From Candidatus Dadabacteria bacterium (GTDB lineage Bacteria; Desulfobacterota_D; UBA1144; Nemesobacterales; CSP1-2), in assembly GCA_040289575.1 (NCBI GenBank), contig PSLL01000007.1:31124-61558 (forward strand): a DNA stretch of 30,435 nt. The letters are read 5' to 3'. A program made the position numbers and the translations under genes. Numbering within the stretch: position 1 is the stretch's first letter; each line of letters opens with the position of its first letter. Positions 1-10,480 of the stretch are shown piece after piece. The notes under the pieces were generated by a model, which saw only the letters and a list, made by a program, of their open reading frames with translations, searched no databases and had not been told where the DNA came from.

Positions 1-2029
1 TAGCCTTGATACATGTTCTGTCCGTCTTGGCGATGTGTTTCACTCAACCCCCGTAGTAGTCGGCTCTCCTTCTCCTCTATTCTTTGATGTCGGTTTTCAA
101 AACTTTGCCGGAGCCTTCCAAAACAGGACCGGGGTTGTTTATGTAGGAGCCAATGACGGATTCTTGCATGCATTCAACGCCGGAGACTTTGTAAATGCCT
201 CCGCAACCAACCCAAAGAAAAACCCATTCACACTGCAGAATGAATCGCTCCCATTCTTTAGCGCAGGGGATGGGACAGAACTCTTTGGATTTGCCCCTCC
301 TACATTTCTCCCAGACACACTTACCTCACCCGCGCCGTCGCCTTCCCCGTCGCCTCCACCTATACTTCCGAATATTAATCCGCCTGATTATCGGTTCGGT
401 GATTTTAAGACATTTGTTACAACCGATAACCAGCCGGAGAGGTCATTTTTTGACGGCTCGCCCCTGGTTGCCGATGTTTGGATTGATGGCTATCAGAATG
501 GGATTCAAAATAACTCTAGCTGCATAAGTAATCCGGATACCGACGGCACTATAGACCCATGCGGAAAGGAGTGGCATTCGGTTCTCCTTTCCGGTTTTAG
601 AAATGGTGGTGGGGCTTATATAGCCCTCGATGTTACCAATGTAGATAGAACCCAAGCTAACCTCAAGAAATTAAGCAATGGCCCGGATTACCCAAGGCAC
701 CTTTGGACTGTATTTGATAAGAATTTTGGGAATGTGTGGTCTGACCCGACAATTGGAAGGGTAAGGATGAACACAAAGGATAAAAACGGCAATGCCATTA
801 TAGTGGACAGATGGGTCATGTTTGTAGGAGGTGGAGCCGACCCGACCATACCACCTGAGAATTTTAGCGCAAGTAGCGGGGTTAGTTTAGGTAATGCCTT
901 TTATGTCATAGATATAGCCACGGGGAACATAATATTTAAGTTTGCACACGATACAACGAGCGCACCAAACGCCACTGTGACCGACCCTAGGATGATTTGC
1001 GATATGCCAAGCAAAGTGGGTGCGTTTGATTTAAATGGAGATGGGTTTATAGATATAGTCTATGAGGGCGATACATGCGGAAGGCTCTGGAGGTTTGATG
1101 TCTCGCAGCCTATATTCGATGCTAGCAACGATGTTACTAAAACCGGCCTTCGCGGAACCGCAAATATAACCCCTATAAACCCCAGCACGGGTAAGAGCGT
1201 TTGGACAGGAGATATAGCGTTTTGTGCAAACTCCTCTACAGAGTGCACCAAAGCCAATAACGTTCCAACCACCAATAGGCAACCGATATTCTTCGCCCCG
1301 ACTGCCGTACTGGACGACCTCGGTCAGAGGCATGTAATATTTATAACCGGAGATAGGAGGGATCCGAGCCTTACCACCAACTCTTCAACCGGCACGGCGG
1401 AGTTTGGAAAGCTCTACAACTTCATTGACGGTTATATTCCCGCGTTTCTTGCAGGTGGTACCGCGGTGACAGCCCCGATGCAGACAGAATCCAATTTTAC
1501 CTCAGGACAGATTATCAATCTCGTAGCTCAATCGGGGGTATCTAATCAATTTACGACCTCAGGCGGTAGTACCGTTAATAATCAAGGGCAGTTTATAGTT
1601 AATTTCCCTAATAATGTCTCTACCCCAAGCGGTGAAAAGGGATTTGGCTCCCCGGTGGTAATAAACAGGGTGCTTGTATTTACAACATTTGCCCCAAACA
1701 CCAATCTGACCAATGTCTGTGCGCAAAGTACTGGAGTAGGAAACATATTTGCCTTAGATTACCTGTCGGGACAGCCCGCTTTAGTGCGAATACCCGGAGC
1801 AAAAAATCTTATTCAGGGAAGTTCAACTCAACAAAATGCAGCTGCCGGAAGAACCGTGGCACAGGGGATGCCAACACCTGCACAGCTTACATTTGGTGCC
1901 CGTGGTTCTGTGGTCTTGACTGTAGCCTTTACCGGTAACTCAACCACCGGGGGCTCACAGTTCCTGGTATGGCAGCTTCCTCCGTTTCCAACAAGAACCC
2001 AGACCCTTTTCTGGGAACAGATTTTATAA
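1..2029 (+). CDS. pilY1: PilY1/PilC-like type IV pilus adhesin, C-terminal beta-propeller region (5'-partial)
   Basis: The frame is open from the window edge (SLDTCSVRLGDVFHSTPVVVG). It has PilY1 motifs LGD.FHSTP, VVYVGANDGFLHAF, G.ELFGF.P and DGSP.VADV, plus a Ca-binding-type loop DLNGDGFID (1028-1054). A prepilin gene follows. Confidence 0.85.
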   Translation, partial: SLDTCSVRLGDVFHSTPVVVGSPSPLFFDVGFQNFAGAFQNRTGVVYVGANDGFLHAFNAGDFVNASATNPKKNPFTLQNESLPFFSAGDGTELFGFAPPTFLPDTLTSPAPSPSPSPPPILPNINPPDYRFGDFKTFVTTDNQPERSFFDGSPLVADVWIDGYQNGIQNNSSCISNPDTDGTIDPCGKEWHSVLLSGFRNGGGAYIALDVTNVDRTQANLKKLSNGPDYPRHLWTVFDKNFGNVWSDPTIGRVRMNTKDKNGNAIIVDRWVMFVGGGADPTIPPENFSASSGVSLGNAFYVIDIATGNIIFKFAHDTTSAPNATVTDPRMICDMPSKVGAFDLNGDGFIDIVYEGDTCGRLWRFDVSQPIFDASNDVTKTGLRGTANITPINPSTGKSVWTGDIAFCANSSTECTKANNVPTTNRQPIFFAPTAVLDDLGQRHVIFITGDRRDPSLTTNSSTGTAEFGKLYNFIDGYIPAFLAGGTAVTAPMQTESNFTSGQIINLVAQSGVSNQFTTSGGSTVNNQGQFIVNFPNNVSTPSGEKGFGSPVVINRVLVFTTFAPNTNLTNVCAQSTGVGNIFALDYLSGQPALVRIPGAKNLIQGSSTQQNAAAGRTVAQGMPTPAQLTFGARGSVVLTVAFTGNSTTGGSQFLVWQLPPFPTRTQTLFWEQIL

Positions 2030-2044
2030 AGATAAGGTGCTATA

Positions 2045-2578
2045 ATGGCTTCTATGGAAAAAGGAGATGGATTTAGTGTAGTAGAGATTCTGTTTGTGAT
2101 GGGAGTTACAAGTGCTCTTATTATACTGGGTGGAGTACTGGCAGGGAAATTTTATAAGCGCCATTCAACAGACAATGTAACAAGGACGATTTCATCCTCG
2201 CTTCAACTCATAAAACTCAAGTCTGCAAGGCAGGGTTTGGAGTATCAGGTGGTTTTAACATTCGACTCAACAGCTAAGACCCTGACTATAGTAACACAAA
2301 GGGGCAACAGCAACAGAGGTACCTGTTCTAGTTGTTACATTACTGAAAGCTCTCAAATAATAGACGTCAAACAAGTAACTCTATCACCAGCCAGCAAAAC
2401 ATTTAATTTTAATCCAGCTGGCACACTTGGCGGTGCCAGTGGAACGGTTAATATACAACCAGCCAGTGGTAAAAATGGTGAAAGGTGTGGACAGGTTGTA
2501 GTAAGTCCTTTTGGAAGGATAAGTATTGTTGAGGGGAATTGGAAGTCTTCATCGAGCAGTTGCAGCCCCGTTTATTGA
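2045..2578 (+). CDS. FimT/GspH-like minor pilin (prepilin N-terminal cleavage/methylation motif)
   Basis: G|FSVVE motif with Glu at +5 followed by a hydrophobic helix. FNFNPAG and VVSPFGRI resemble GspH/FimT motifs. Confidence 0.8.
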   Translation: MASMEKGDGFSVVEILFVMGVTSALIILGGVLAGKFYKRHSTDNVTRTISSSLQLIKLKSARQGLEYQVVLTFDSTAKTLTIVTQRGNSNRGTCSSCYITESSQIIDVKQVTLSPASKTFNFNPAGTLGGASGTVNIQPASGKNGERCGQVVVSPFGRISIVEGNWKSSSSSCSPVY

Positions 2579-2623
2579 TTATATTAAATCGGTTTGCACC
2601 TGGATACGCTACAGTCAGTTGAG

Positions 2624-2698
2624 CAAAATTAGATTGCTTCACCCCTCGCAATGACAAACTGAACGAGTCATTGCGAGGGGTGAAGCAATCTAATTTTG
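2624..2698. repeat. Perfect 32-bp inverted repeat (REP/REPIN-like doublet), possible bidirectional terminator
   Basis: CAAAATTAGATTGCTTCACCCCTCGCAATGAC (2624-2655), an 11-nt loop, then its exact reverse complement (2667-2698). It lies between convergent genes. Confidence 0.9.
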
Positions 2699-2758
2699 TG
2701 TTGTACTCAATCGAAAAATGCTATGGCCACGTAAGTATCTTGGGATTACTCCGACTTA

Positions 2759-4710
2759 TCATTTATCTTTCCGCGGAACTGAATATTCATGCACCGCATC
2801 CACGAGCGTAAGCACATGGTCAACGGGTGTGCCCGGAAGCACGCCGTGTCCGAGGTTGAATATGTGCCCGGGGCGCCCCTCAGCCTTTTCCAAAATCCTT
2901 ACGGCACGACGGGAAATTTCGGTTGGCGAGGCGAGAAGCACAGCAGGGTCGAGATTGCCCTGCACGGCTATGTCATAACCGAGACGCCTCCATGCCTCTT
3001 TCAAGTCCACACGCCAGTCAAGCCCAATCACATCACCCCCTGCCTCTTTCATCAACTCAAGTAACGCAGCCGTATCGGTGCCAAAGTGTATGACGGGCAC
3101 GCCGGGGGTAAGACTCTGAATGAGCCGACGCATATGGGGCAACACAAACTCGCGATAATCATCGGGTGAAAGACACCCCACCCAGCTATCGAAGAGCTGC
3201 ACCGCATCCGCGCCGGCAGCAATCTGACCGTTGAGATAAGCGGCTGTCGCCTGAGACAGCCGTTCCATCAACATATGCCATGCGCCCGGATCAAAGTACA
3301 TAAGCCTTTTTGTGTTTTCATAATTGCGCGAGCCTCTGCCCTCGATGATATAGGATGCGACTGTAAATGGAGCACCAGCGAATCCGATGAGCGCTAGATT
3401 TGGGTCAAGTGCACGCCGAGTAATTTGAACAGCATCATAGACAAAGCTCAATGCGCCCGGCTCAAAATCCCTAAGCGCATCCACTGCCACACCCGTGCGC
3501 ACAGGCTTTTTTATAACTGGACCATCTCCTCTCGAAAATTCCAATTCTACACCCATAGGTTCAAGAATAAGAAGTATGTCCGCAAATATTATGGCGGCAT
3601 CTACCCCCAGGCGGTCTACGGCCATTAGCGTCACCTCAGAGACGAGTTCGGGAGTCTTGCAGAGCTCTAGGAACGATACCTTGGCGCGCAGTTCACGGTA
3701 CTCGCGAATGAACCGTCCTGCCGCATAAGCCAGATCGGGGTATAATCAACCGCCTCGCGACGGCAGGCCTTCATAAATACGGATTGGGCAGAAGCAGAAA
3801 GACGACAAACCGCATCAGTTGTCCAGACCATATCAATACGCCGCCATAGGTTTGTGTCTACGCCATTTACATATGCAACCCGCTTCTTGCGTAGGAGATT
3901 CGCCCCCCGCCTTGCCATCTCACGTACAAGATTGCCCATCTTGGGGCTGTCGGGCTCATAGTCTACCTTAAGGCCTATCTCGTGCAGTGTCTCTGTTGTG
4001 GTTGGCCCAATAGAACCTATAGCGATCTGCTTGAACGCCTCACGAAGGGGCTGCTCCAATCCATCAGCGCAGGCAACCTGAATTAGATGGCGTACCTGCT
4101 GTGAGCTTGTAAAAAGGGCAATATCTGCCTCTCCCCTTATTATTGCACCGATTGCATCGCGAAGCGGCGTAATGTCTTCTGGCAACGTCCATTGATAGAC
4201 AGGGACTACTGTGACGAGTGCACCGTATTTGCGCAATCCCTCTATCAAATCGGGATTGGAGATGCCGTATTCTTGCACAGCAACCCTAAGGCCCTGAAGC
4301 GAAAGAGCACTGCTTAGGGTAGAGAGTATGTCGCGCCAGGTATTTGGCTCAGGAATGAGTATATTGGGTTTTAGCCCCATCTCCCTCAGCACCGCAACCG
4401 GCTTGGGACCGCGAGAGACAATGGTGATGCACTTTAAGGCCTCTGTAAATCGCTCGCGAGTATACCGCGTTGCAATAACATCTGATAGGATGCGAGTGCC
4501 TATACCGGTGAGAAAAATGACAACGTCAATCCTCTTATTAAACAGATTCTCCGCAAATTCTAGCGCCTCAGTTGACTCAGATAAAGGCACCTCACGCATA
4601 GAGGGCGCAACCCTTGGCACACCGCCGTAATATGCGATTAGTTTCTCTATCTCATTGGCGCGCCTGCTCTCAAAGGCCACTACGCGCAATTTATTAAAAT
4701 TAGATACCAC
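2759..4710 (-). pseudogene. hemE: HemD-HemE fusion (uroporphyrinogen-III synthase + uroporphyrinogen decarboxylase), frameshifted at about 3718-3724
   Basis: ORF 4710-3667 has HemD motifs (FESRRA, RGPKP, VPVYQW, SIGPTT) and then runs into the HemE N-terminus FMKACRRE..TPIWLMRQ. The adjacent frame continues GRFIREYRELRAKVSFLELCKTPE into ORF 3634-2759 (DAAIIFADIL, GFAGAPFT, QLFDSW, QGNLDP, HIFNLGHG). Confidence 0.88.
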
Positions 4711-4769
4711 TTAACACCCAACCTGAGAATTGTAGTTACCGGCAGGGCAATTGAACAATATCACGTTTG

Positions 4770-4797
4770 ATTTTAGCACACTGCCATATCGGGTCAA
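4770..4797 (-). promoter_or_regulatory. Putative sigma-70 promoter of hemD-hemE
   Basis: TTGACC-N16-TAAAAT with an extended -10 TG, about 60 bp upstream of the GTG start. Confidence 0.45.
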
Positions 4798-4892
4798 GCA
4801 TGAGGCTGCGCATCTACTTCTCTTACACACTATGGTAAACTGATTTAGACTTGCCTGACAATGAAAAATCAAATCGGAGGGTGATAAGTAAG

Positions 4893-5168
4893 ATGACTCT
4901 GAAGATATACAATTCCCAGACGAATGAACTGTTGGCCGAGCTTAAAAGCTATACAATCTCTCACCCTGAAACGATAGACGTTGATATTATCTGGGGCATC
5001 TGGGTTGATGCCCCTTTCTCAGATCCAAAGGAGCAAAAAGAGGCTTTTAGAGTGCACGAGATTACCAGAGATGGGAAAGAGATCATCTTCGAAGATGGGT
5101 GGCTAAAGGACGTCTCAGGAACCCGTCCCAACATTGCCGTAAAGATAGTAGGAAAGAAAAAAGTATAG
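4893..5168 (+). CDS. Small hypothetical protein (about 91 aa; alternative start 4851)
   Basis: The ORF fills the gap between hemD and phoH, has GGAGG upstream of the ATG and a globular-looking composition. No family recognised. Confidence 0.6.
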   Translation: MTLKIYNSQTNELLAELKSYTISHPETIDVDIIWGIWVDAPFSDPKEQKEAFRVHEITRDGKEIIFEDGWLKDVSGTRPNIAVKIVGKKKV

Positions 5169-5175
5169 ATAACCT

Positions 5176-6156
5176 CTACTCTTTTCCCTTATTCTCATAT
5201 GCCTCTATTATTCTCTTAACAAGAGGGTGCCTTACAACATCCCTTTTTGAAAAGTACGTAAATGCAATCCCCTCGATTCCCCTAAGTAGGGATTCGGCCT
5301 CGAGAAGTCCCGACCTTTCACCTACAGAAAGGTCAACCTGAGTAACGTCTCCCGTTATTACGGCCTTTGAGCTGAACCCGAGCCTTGTAAGAAACATCTT
5401 CATCTGCATAGCCGTAGTGTTCTGAGCCTCATCGAGAATTACAAAGGCGTCGTTTAATGTCCTTCCTCTCATGTATGCAAGCGGTGCTATTTCTATTGCT
5501 CCCTTCTCTATGAGCCTCGTAGCCTTCTCAAAATCCATCATTTCATACAGGGCGTCAAAAAGTGGTCTCAGATACGGGTCAATCTTCTGATAGAGGTCTC
5601 CTGGAAGAAACCCCAATTTCTCTCCAGCCTCTACTGCTGGCCTTGTAAGTACTATCCGATTTACCTCGCGGTTTACAAAAGCCGAGACTGCCATAGCCAT
5701 TGCGAGATATGTCTTTCCAGTTCCGGCAGGGCCTATGCCAAAAACGATGTCGTGCCTGCGTATGGCTTCAATGTAGAGCTTCTGTGCAAGGCTCTTGGGA
5801 GCAATCACCTTCTTTCTCGTTGATATGCACACGGTGTCTAAGAAGATATCTTCAAGCGGGGTTTTATCCTCGATCACGACCCTTGCGGCAAGCTCAATGT
5901 CACCGGGATCAAGCGAATAACCCTTTGAAATGAGGCGATAGATTTCATTGAGAAATCTCTCCGCCGATTCAACCTCTTGGGCTTCCCCTCTCAGAGAGAG
6001 TTTTCCACCCCTTGAGTAGATTTTCACCCGGAAGACGTTTTCTATTTCCTTGAGGTTCTCGTTATGCTCGCCGTAGAGTTGTTTGAGCATCCCGTTATCC
6101 TCAAAGTTTAGCTCTCTTGTAACCCCGTTTTCGGCCTCTATGATAGCTTGTTGCAT
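5176..6156 (-). CDS. phoH: PhoH family ATPase
   Basis: GPAGTGKT Walker A, RPAVEAGEKLGFLPGD, YMRGRT, ILDEAQN, DVVRHPLV; AGGAGG upstream. Confidence 0.96.
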   Translation of the reverse strand: MQQAIIEAENGVTRELNFEDNGMLKQLYGEHNENLKEIENVFRVKIYSRGGKLSLRGEAQEVESAERFLNEIYRLISKGYSLDPGDIELAARVVIEDKTPLEDIFLDTVCISTRKKVIAPKSLAQKLYIEAIRRHDIVFGIGPAGTGKTYLAMAMAVSAFVNREVNRIVLTRPAVEAGEKLGFLPGDLYQKIDPYLRPLFDALYEMMDFEKATRLIEKGAIEIAPLAYMRGRTLNDAFVILDEAQNTTAMQMKMFLTRLGFSSKAVITGDVTQVDLSVGERSGLLEAESLLRGIEGIAFTYFSKRDVVRHPLVKRIIEAYENKGKE

Positions 6157-6517
6157 ATTTTTTCTATAGCCCCTCCTGCGTTTTGGTATTGAAAACAGAC
6201 TTTTGTATTTTCTGGATTTCTATAAAAGGAAAAAAGTCTGAGCGGAATCTCAATCCTCGATTTATAGGTTGGACATGGTTATATAAACTAATCTTTCCTA
6301 TTGCAATCACTCAGCTTTTAGTTCAAATTGGCAACTTTTCCTATATTTCAAACTATATCAATAAATATACCAAAGCACTAAGGTAAAATCAAAATACGAA
6401 CTCTTTATCAGAGTTTAGGTAGAGAAAATTAATCCGATATGAAAGGACTGTTAAAGTTCTCTTAACTAATAGCTCAAACTACCTTTCGAGGAGATTATAT
6501 AATTGACACTAATTGCC

Positions 6518-7504
6518 CTACCCCCCGATAGCAGACATTGGCCTCTTAGGTTTGATAAAACCCGGACGGTTTATAAGATGTCCAGCCCATTTTGTGCCTA
6601 CAGCCTTTATCAAAAAATCCTTAATCTCATCATCCGTGCCATTGCTCCTCAGAAGCCTTTTGACATCATGCTCATCAAGCGCAAAGAGGCATGTCATAAT
6701 CTTTCCATCAGCCGTAAGCCTGATTCTATTACAACTACCACAAAACGGCTGAGACACAGAGGCTATAACCCCTATTTCTCCATTGCCATTCTTAAATCTG
6801 TAATTTCTTGCAGGGCCTCCGTCGCCTTTTATAACCTCAACTATTTCAGAGACGCGATTTACCCTTTCGAGAATCTCGGCCTTCGTTACAACCAAATCTT
6901 TCTCCCACATCCCTCCGCCATCAAGGGGCATAAACTCTATAAATCTGATCTTATAAAGCTTCGTAAGGGAGAGCCGAGCAAAGTCTTCTATTTCATCATC
7001 GTTATAGCCCCTTATAACAACTACATTTATCTTTATCGGATAGAGGCCTGCGCGCTCCGCCGCATAAATTCCCTCAATGACACGGTCGAAGTAATTGCGC
7101 CTTATTATCTTCTTAAATTTCTCAGGCCTCAGGGAATCAAGGCTGATATTTATCCCGCGAAGCCCCGCTTGAGCCAGGGCTTCGGCTCTTTCCCTTAAGA
7201 AATACCCATTTGTAGTCATTGAGACGAATTGAATCCCCGGCACCTGAGAGAGGATATGGATCAGCTCTTCCACACCTTCTCTCAAAAGCGGCTCTCCCCC
7301 TGTAATGCGGATTTTCCTTACCCCTAGTTCTGAGGATAATCTCACGACACGCGTAATCTCCTCAAATGTCAAAACCTCTTCTCTTGACGTCCACTTAAGA
7401 CCCTCTGTGGGCATACAGTAGAGGCACCGCATATTACATCTGTCTGTTACAGAGACCCTGAGTTTCGTAACCGTCCTTCCAAATTTATCTACTAAGTGGT
7501 TCAT
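6518..7504 (-). CDS. moaA: GTP 3',8-cyclase MoaA (radical SAM)
   Basis: LRVSVTDRCNMRCLYC, TGGEPLLR, second-cluster motif FCGSCNRIRLTADG, C-terminal IGG. Confidence 0.96.
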   Translation of the reverse strand: MNHLVDKFGRTVTKLRVSVTDRCNMRCLYCMPTEGLKWTSREEVLTFEEITRVVRLSSELGVRKIRITGGEPLLREGVEELIHILSQVPGIQFVSMTTNGYFLRERAEALAQAGLRGINISLDSLRPEKFKKIIRRNYFDRVIEGIYAAERAGLYPIKINVVVIRGYNDDEIEDFARLSLTKLYKIRFIEFMPLDGGGMWEKDLVVTKAEILERVNRVSEIVEVIKGDGGPARNYRFKNGNGEIGVIASVSQPFCGSCNRIRLTADGKIMTCLFALDEHDVKRLLRSNGTDDEIKDFLIKAVGTKWAGHLINRPGFIKPKRPMSAIGG

Positions 7505-7533
7505 ATATGCTCTCTTAGGTATATCCGTCTTTG

Positions 7534-8613
7534 TTATTTTTCAAAGAGCTTTTTATACTTGCCGTATCCCTCTTTTTCTAAATCCTCTTTCGGAATGAAA
7601 CGAAGGGCAGCGGAGTTTATACAATATCGAAGCCCAGTCGGTTTGGGTCCATCGTCAAAAACATGACCAAGGTGAGAATCCCCGAGTTTACTCCTAACCT
7701 CTGTTCTTGTCATAAAGAAGCTCTTATCTATCTTTTCTACTATGTTTTCTGGCTCAAGGGGTTTCGTAAAACTCGGCCATCCAGTTCCGGAATCAAACTT
7801 ATCAAGGGAGCTAAATAGCGGCTCTCCGGAAACTATATCAACATATATCCCATCCCTATGATTATCCCAATACTCATTGTTAAATGGCCTCTCTGTACTC
7901 CCTTCCTGTGTAACTGCATATTGCAATGGAGTTAATCTCTTTCTGAGCTCCTCTTTAGTCGGTTTTTTATATATCTCATTACTGTCTTGAGTATATTTAT
8001 TTCTCATATCATCACCCCATACCTTTTTAAGGTATCGATCACGGCCCGAAAAGTATCTGTAATATTTGTATCTTATAGGATTTTTCCTATAAAAATCCTG
8101 GTGATATTCCTCCGCTTTATAAAATTCAGAAGCCGGAACGATTTCCGTAACAATCGGTTTTTTATATATCCCCGATCTATCCAGCGCCTCTTTCGATCTC
8201 TCCGCCAGGGCTTTTTGTTCATCATTGTGATAAAAAATAATGCTTCTGTACTGCGCGCCCCTATCAACGAATTGACCGCCCGGATCGGTCGGGTCTATTT
8301 GCCTCCAGAATACCTCAAGAAGCTGTAAATAGGTTATCTTGGACGGATCATAAGTGACCTGAACGGCCTCTATGTGCCCCGTTCCTCCGGCTGAGACCTC
8401 TTCATAAGTCGGGTTCTTTTTATGCCCTCCTGCATAACCCGCTATTACCTCAACGACGCCCTCTAGTTTTTCAAAAGGCAACACCATACACCAGAAGCAT
8501 CCCCCGGCGAATGTGGCTTTTTCGAGCCTTGTATCCGAATATGAAATAGATTGCATTGTCATAAATAGAATAACTGATAAAAATAAGATCTTGAAAATAG
8601 CCGAAATATTCAT
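7534..8613 (-). CDS. msrAB: Bifunctional peptide methionine sulfoxide reductase MsrA/MsrB with N-terminal signal/anchor
   Basis: FAGGCFWC and AEEYHQDFY (MsrA); [21 protein letters not shown] and RYCINSAAL (MsrB); hydrophobic N-terminal 25 aa. Confidence 0.95.
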   Translation of the reverse strand: MNISAIFKILFLSVILFMTMQSISYSDTRLEKATFAGGCFWCMVLPFEKLEGVVEVIAGYAGGHKKNPTYEEVSAGGTGHIEAVQVTYDPSKITYLQLLEVFWRQIDPTDPGGQFVDRGAQYRSIIFYHNDEQKALAERSKEALDRSGIYKKPIVTEIVPASEFYKAEEYHQDFYRKNPIRYKYYRYFSGRDRYLKKVWGDDMRNKYTQDSNEIYKKPTKEELRKRLTPLQYAVTQEGSTERPFNNEYWDNHRDGIYVDIVSGEPLFSSLDKFDSGTGWPSFTKPLEPENIVEKIDKSFFMTRTEVRSKLGDSHLGHVFDDGPKPTGLRYCINSAALRFIPKEDLEKEGYGKYKKLFEK

Positions 8614-8655
8614 CTACCTTCCATAAATTATAAGAGAATCTCTGCTGTTTTACTA

Positions 8656-9363
8656 TCATGTTCCCGCGTACCAATCATAGCCTTGATCACTCCAATATCC
8701 ACCAGTTCTATAGGGCAAAAACACAATTTGTGTGAGATACTTAGTACTCTTATATCCCAGCTTTATTGGTGAATGAAGACGCGCTGGTGCTCCGTAGCCT
8801 GGCTCAAGAAGCCTTCCTTCATGCCCGTAGACCACAAGAGTCTGCGGGTGCATTGCGCTTTCTATGTCCCAGCTCTCATGATAGCCGCTATCGAATGACT
8901 TAAAGTCTACGTACTCTGCATCGGGCATCATGCCGACCATCTTTGCCAGATAGCTGACACGCACCCCCGTCCACTCGGTTGTCGCCGTCCATCCCTCAAC
9001 GCAGTAATGGTTTACCCGGTGGGTAACGCTTGGAAGCTTCATTAAATCCTCAAGCGTCAGACGCAGCATCCGGCGTACAGAGCCAGTAATCTCTAGTGCC
9101 CACTTGCCAAATACCGACTCATCCCATACAGGAACCATATCCGAGATGTAGTATTGGGGAAGTGCATCTCCAGCCAAGTGTCCTTTCCCTATATCAATAG
9201 CCCTATGGCGAAATAGGGCGCGCTCTACCTTCTCATTCTGCCTCTGCACAAAGCGAAGGAGCCCACGTGTAAAATCCGGTCCCTCCGAGTCGCATGCAGA
9301 AAAGAGCACGGCTGATATTGATGCTCCGCTGAGATATAGGAATTTCCGGCGGTCTATCTTCAT
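8656..9363 (-). CDS. Sulfite-oxidase-family molybdopterin oxidoreductase (MsrP/YedY-like), probable Tat lipoprotein
   Basis: DRRKFL twin-arginine motif and LFSAC lipobox-like site; HYCVEGW Mo-ligand Cys; GAPARL..P.KLGYKSTKYL; GGYWSDQGY.W. Confidence 0.85.
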   Translation of the reverse strand: MKIDRRKFLYLSGASISAVLFSACDSEGPDFTRGLLRFVQRQNEKVERALFRHRAIDIGKGHLAGDALPQYYISDMVPVWDESVFGKWALEITGSVRRMLRLTLEDLMKLPSVTHRVNHYCVEGWTATTEWTGVRVSYLAKMVGMMPDAEYVDFKSFDSGYHESWDIESAMHPQTLVVYGHEGRLLEPGYGAPARLHSPIKLGYKSTKYLTQIVFLPYRTGGYWSDQGYDWYAGT

Positions 9364-10250
9364 TTTTCTTTCTCCCCGGCAATAGCAGACCCCCGGCCTG
9401 GCAATAGGTTATAAAAAGGCCGTGCATTACGTCTCTCAGGAGCGTACCTCTCATTATAACGGCCGGTAATCATAGAAGGTAGGGAGTAGGGATCAACAGC
9501 AAAGACCATAAATATGTGCACAAGGGATAATGCTACCAGCGCGACCATTGCCATAAAGTGCCAGTATCGCGCCCATACATACCCCCCGAACAGATTCGTG
9601 AGAAATCCAAGTTGTACCGGTTTCCAGATTGCGACCCCCGTGAGCACCACGACAATACCGATAAGCGGCATTGCGAAGTATGTAAGCCTCTGGAGTGTGT
9701 TATGCTTCCTCTGTTTTGGGTGCTCCTTTCGTACAAACATGTAGAACTTGAACATCTCCCAGGCACCGCGAGGGTCTCCGCGCCGTGGCACCAGCTCCCG
9801 CCACTCGCCGTGGATGTATATAAACCCCAGATACACCAGCCCGTTTAGTACCAAGAGCCACATCATAGCGAAGTGCCAATTACGTGCCCCTGCCAGCCAT
9901 CCGCCAAATGTGAGCCACTCCGGAATTCGAATCCCCTCAAATGGATAACAGCAGAATGTCTCTCCCCTACGGGCAAACATAGGATAGGCATTGAATATCC
10001 TCAGTCCGCTTGTCACCATTATGGTAAGCGCCAACACGTTGAACCAGTGTGTAAGACGGACAACCCAATGGTGTCGTCGGGAGATTAGATTCTGAGGTAT
10101 GAGGGCTTCGCCGCTATCACGAGATGTCCCAGGCTCGACGGCGGTCTTATCTGTATGGCTAAACTCGACGACCTGGGGCTGCTTCTCTTCTATGATAGCC
10201 TTCTCCTTATTTTCTTCTCTATCGTTGTTCTCTTGGTCCTTAGTCTTCAT
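9360..10250 (-). CDS. Cytochrome b/b6-domain membrane subunit (Ni/Fe-hydrogenase cyt b-like), partner of the molybdoenzyme
   Basis: VRLTHW, RNWHF, RYWHF, LVHI and SMITG motifs; about 4 TM helices; ATGA overlap with the downstream gene. Confidence 0.85.
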   Translation of the reverse strand: MKTKDQENNDREENKEKAIIEEKQPQVVEFSHTDKTAVEPGTSRDSGEALIPQNLISRRHHWVVRLTHWFNVLALTIMVTSGLRIFNAYPMFARRGETFCCYPFEGIRIPEWLTFGGWLAGARNWHFAMMWLLVLNGLVYLGFIYIHGEWRELVPRRGDPRGAWEMFKFYMFVRKEHPKQRKHNTLQRLTYFAMPLIGIVVVLTGVAIWKPVQLGFLTNLFGGYVWARYWHFMAMVALVALSLVHIFMVFAVDPYSLPSMITGRYNERYAPERRNARPFYNLLPGRGSAIAGEKEK

Positions 10251-10480
10251 TCCAGCTCCGCTTCTCCCTCCAATTAATTATACGCTATACCTCACGCCTC
10301 CAGATTAAATGTACTTAGAGATGTCAACCATTTCTTATGTATTAGATGAATGTATGATAAGTAAGGTTCTTTCGAATGTAGTTTTTTAGTCTAAATTCTG
10401 TAAACTGTAATGTGTTCAAAATCTATAGATGGGCAATAGAATAAAAGCAGAATACCATAAGTCACTTATGGAATAAAACC

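Noticed and set aside
3667..3730. Programmed ribosomal frameshift between hemD and hemE
   Set aside because: There is no slippery heptamer. A simple 4-bp loss restores the full QAGR motif, whereas a frameshift would leave it one residue short.
6183..6386. 67-aa ORF and a 9-bp inverted repeat (6196-6204/6232-6240) upstream of phoH
   Set aside because: TTG start, no RBS, AT-rich promoter region. The repeat is short and low-complexity.
6503..7198. 231-aa + strand ORF and other long antisense ORFs (e.g. 12761-13267, 10732-11160, 26025-26408, 29744-30127)
   Set aside because: They are shadows of well-supported genes on the opposite strand and show no motifs.
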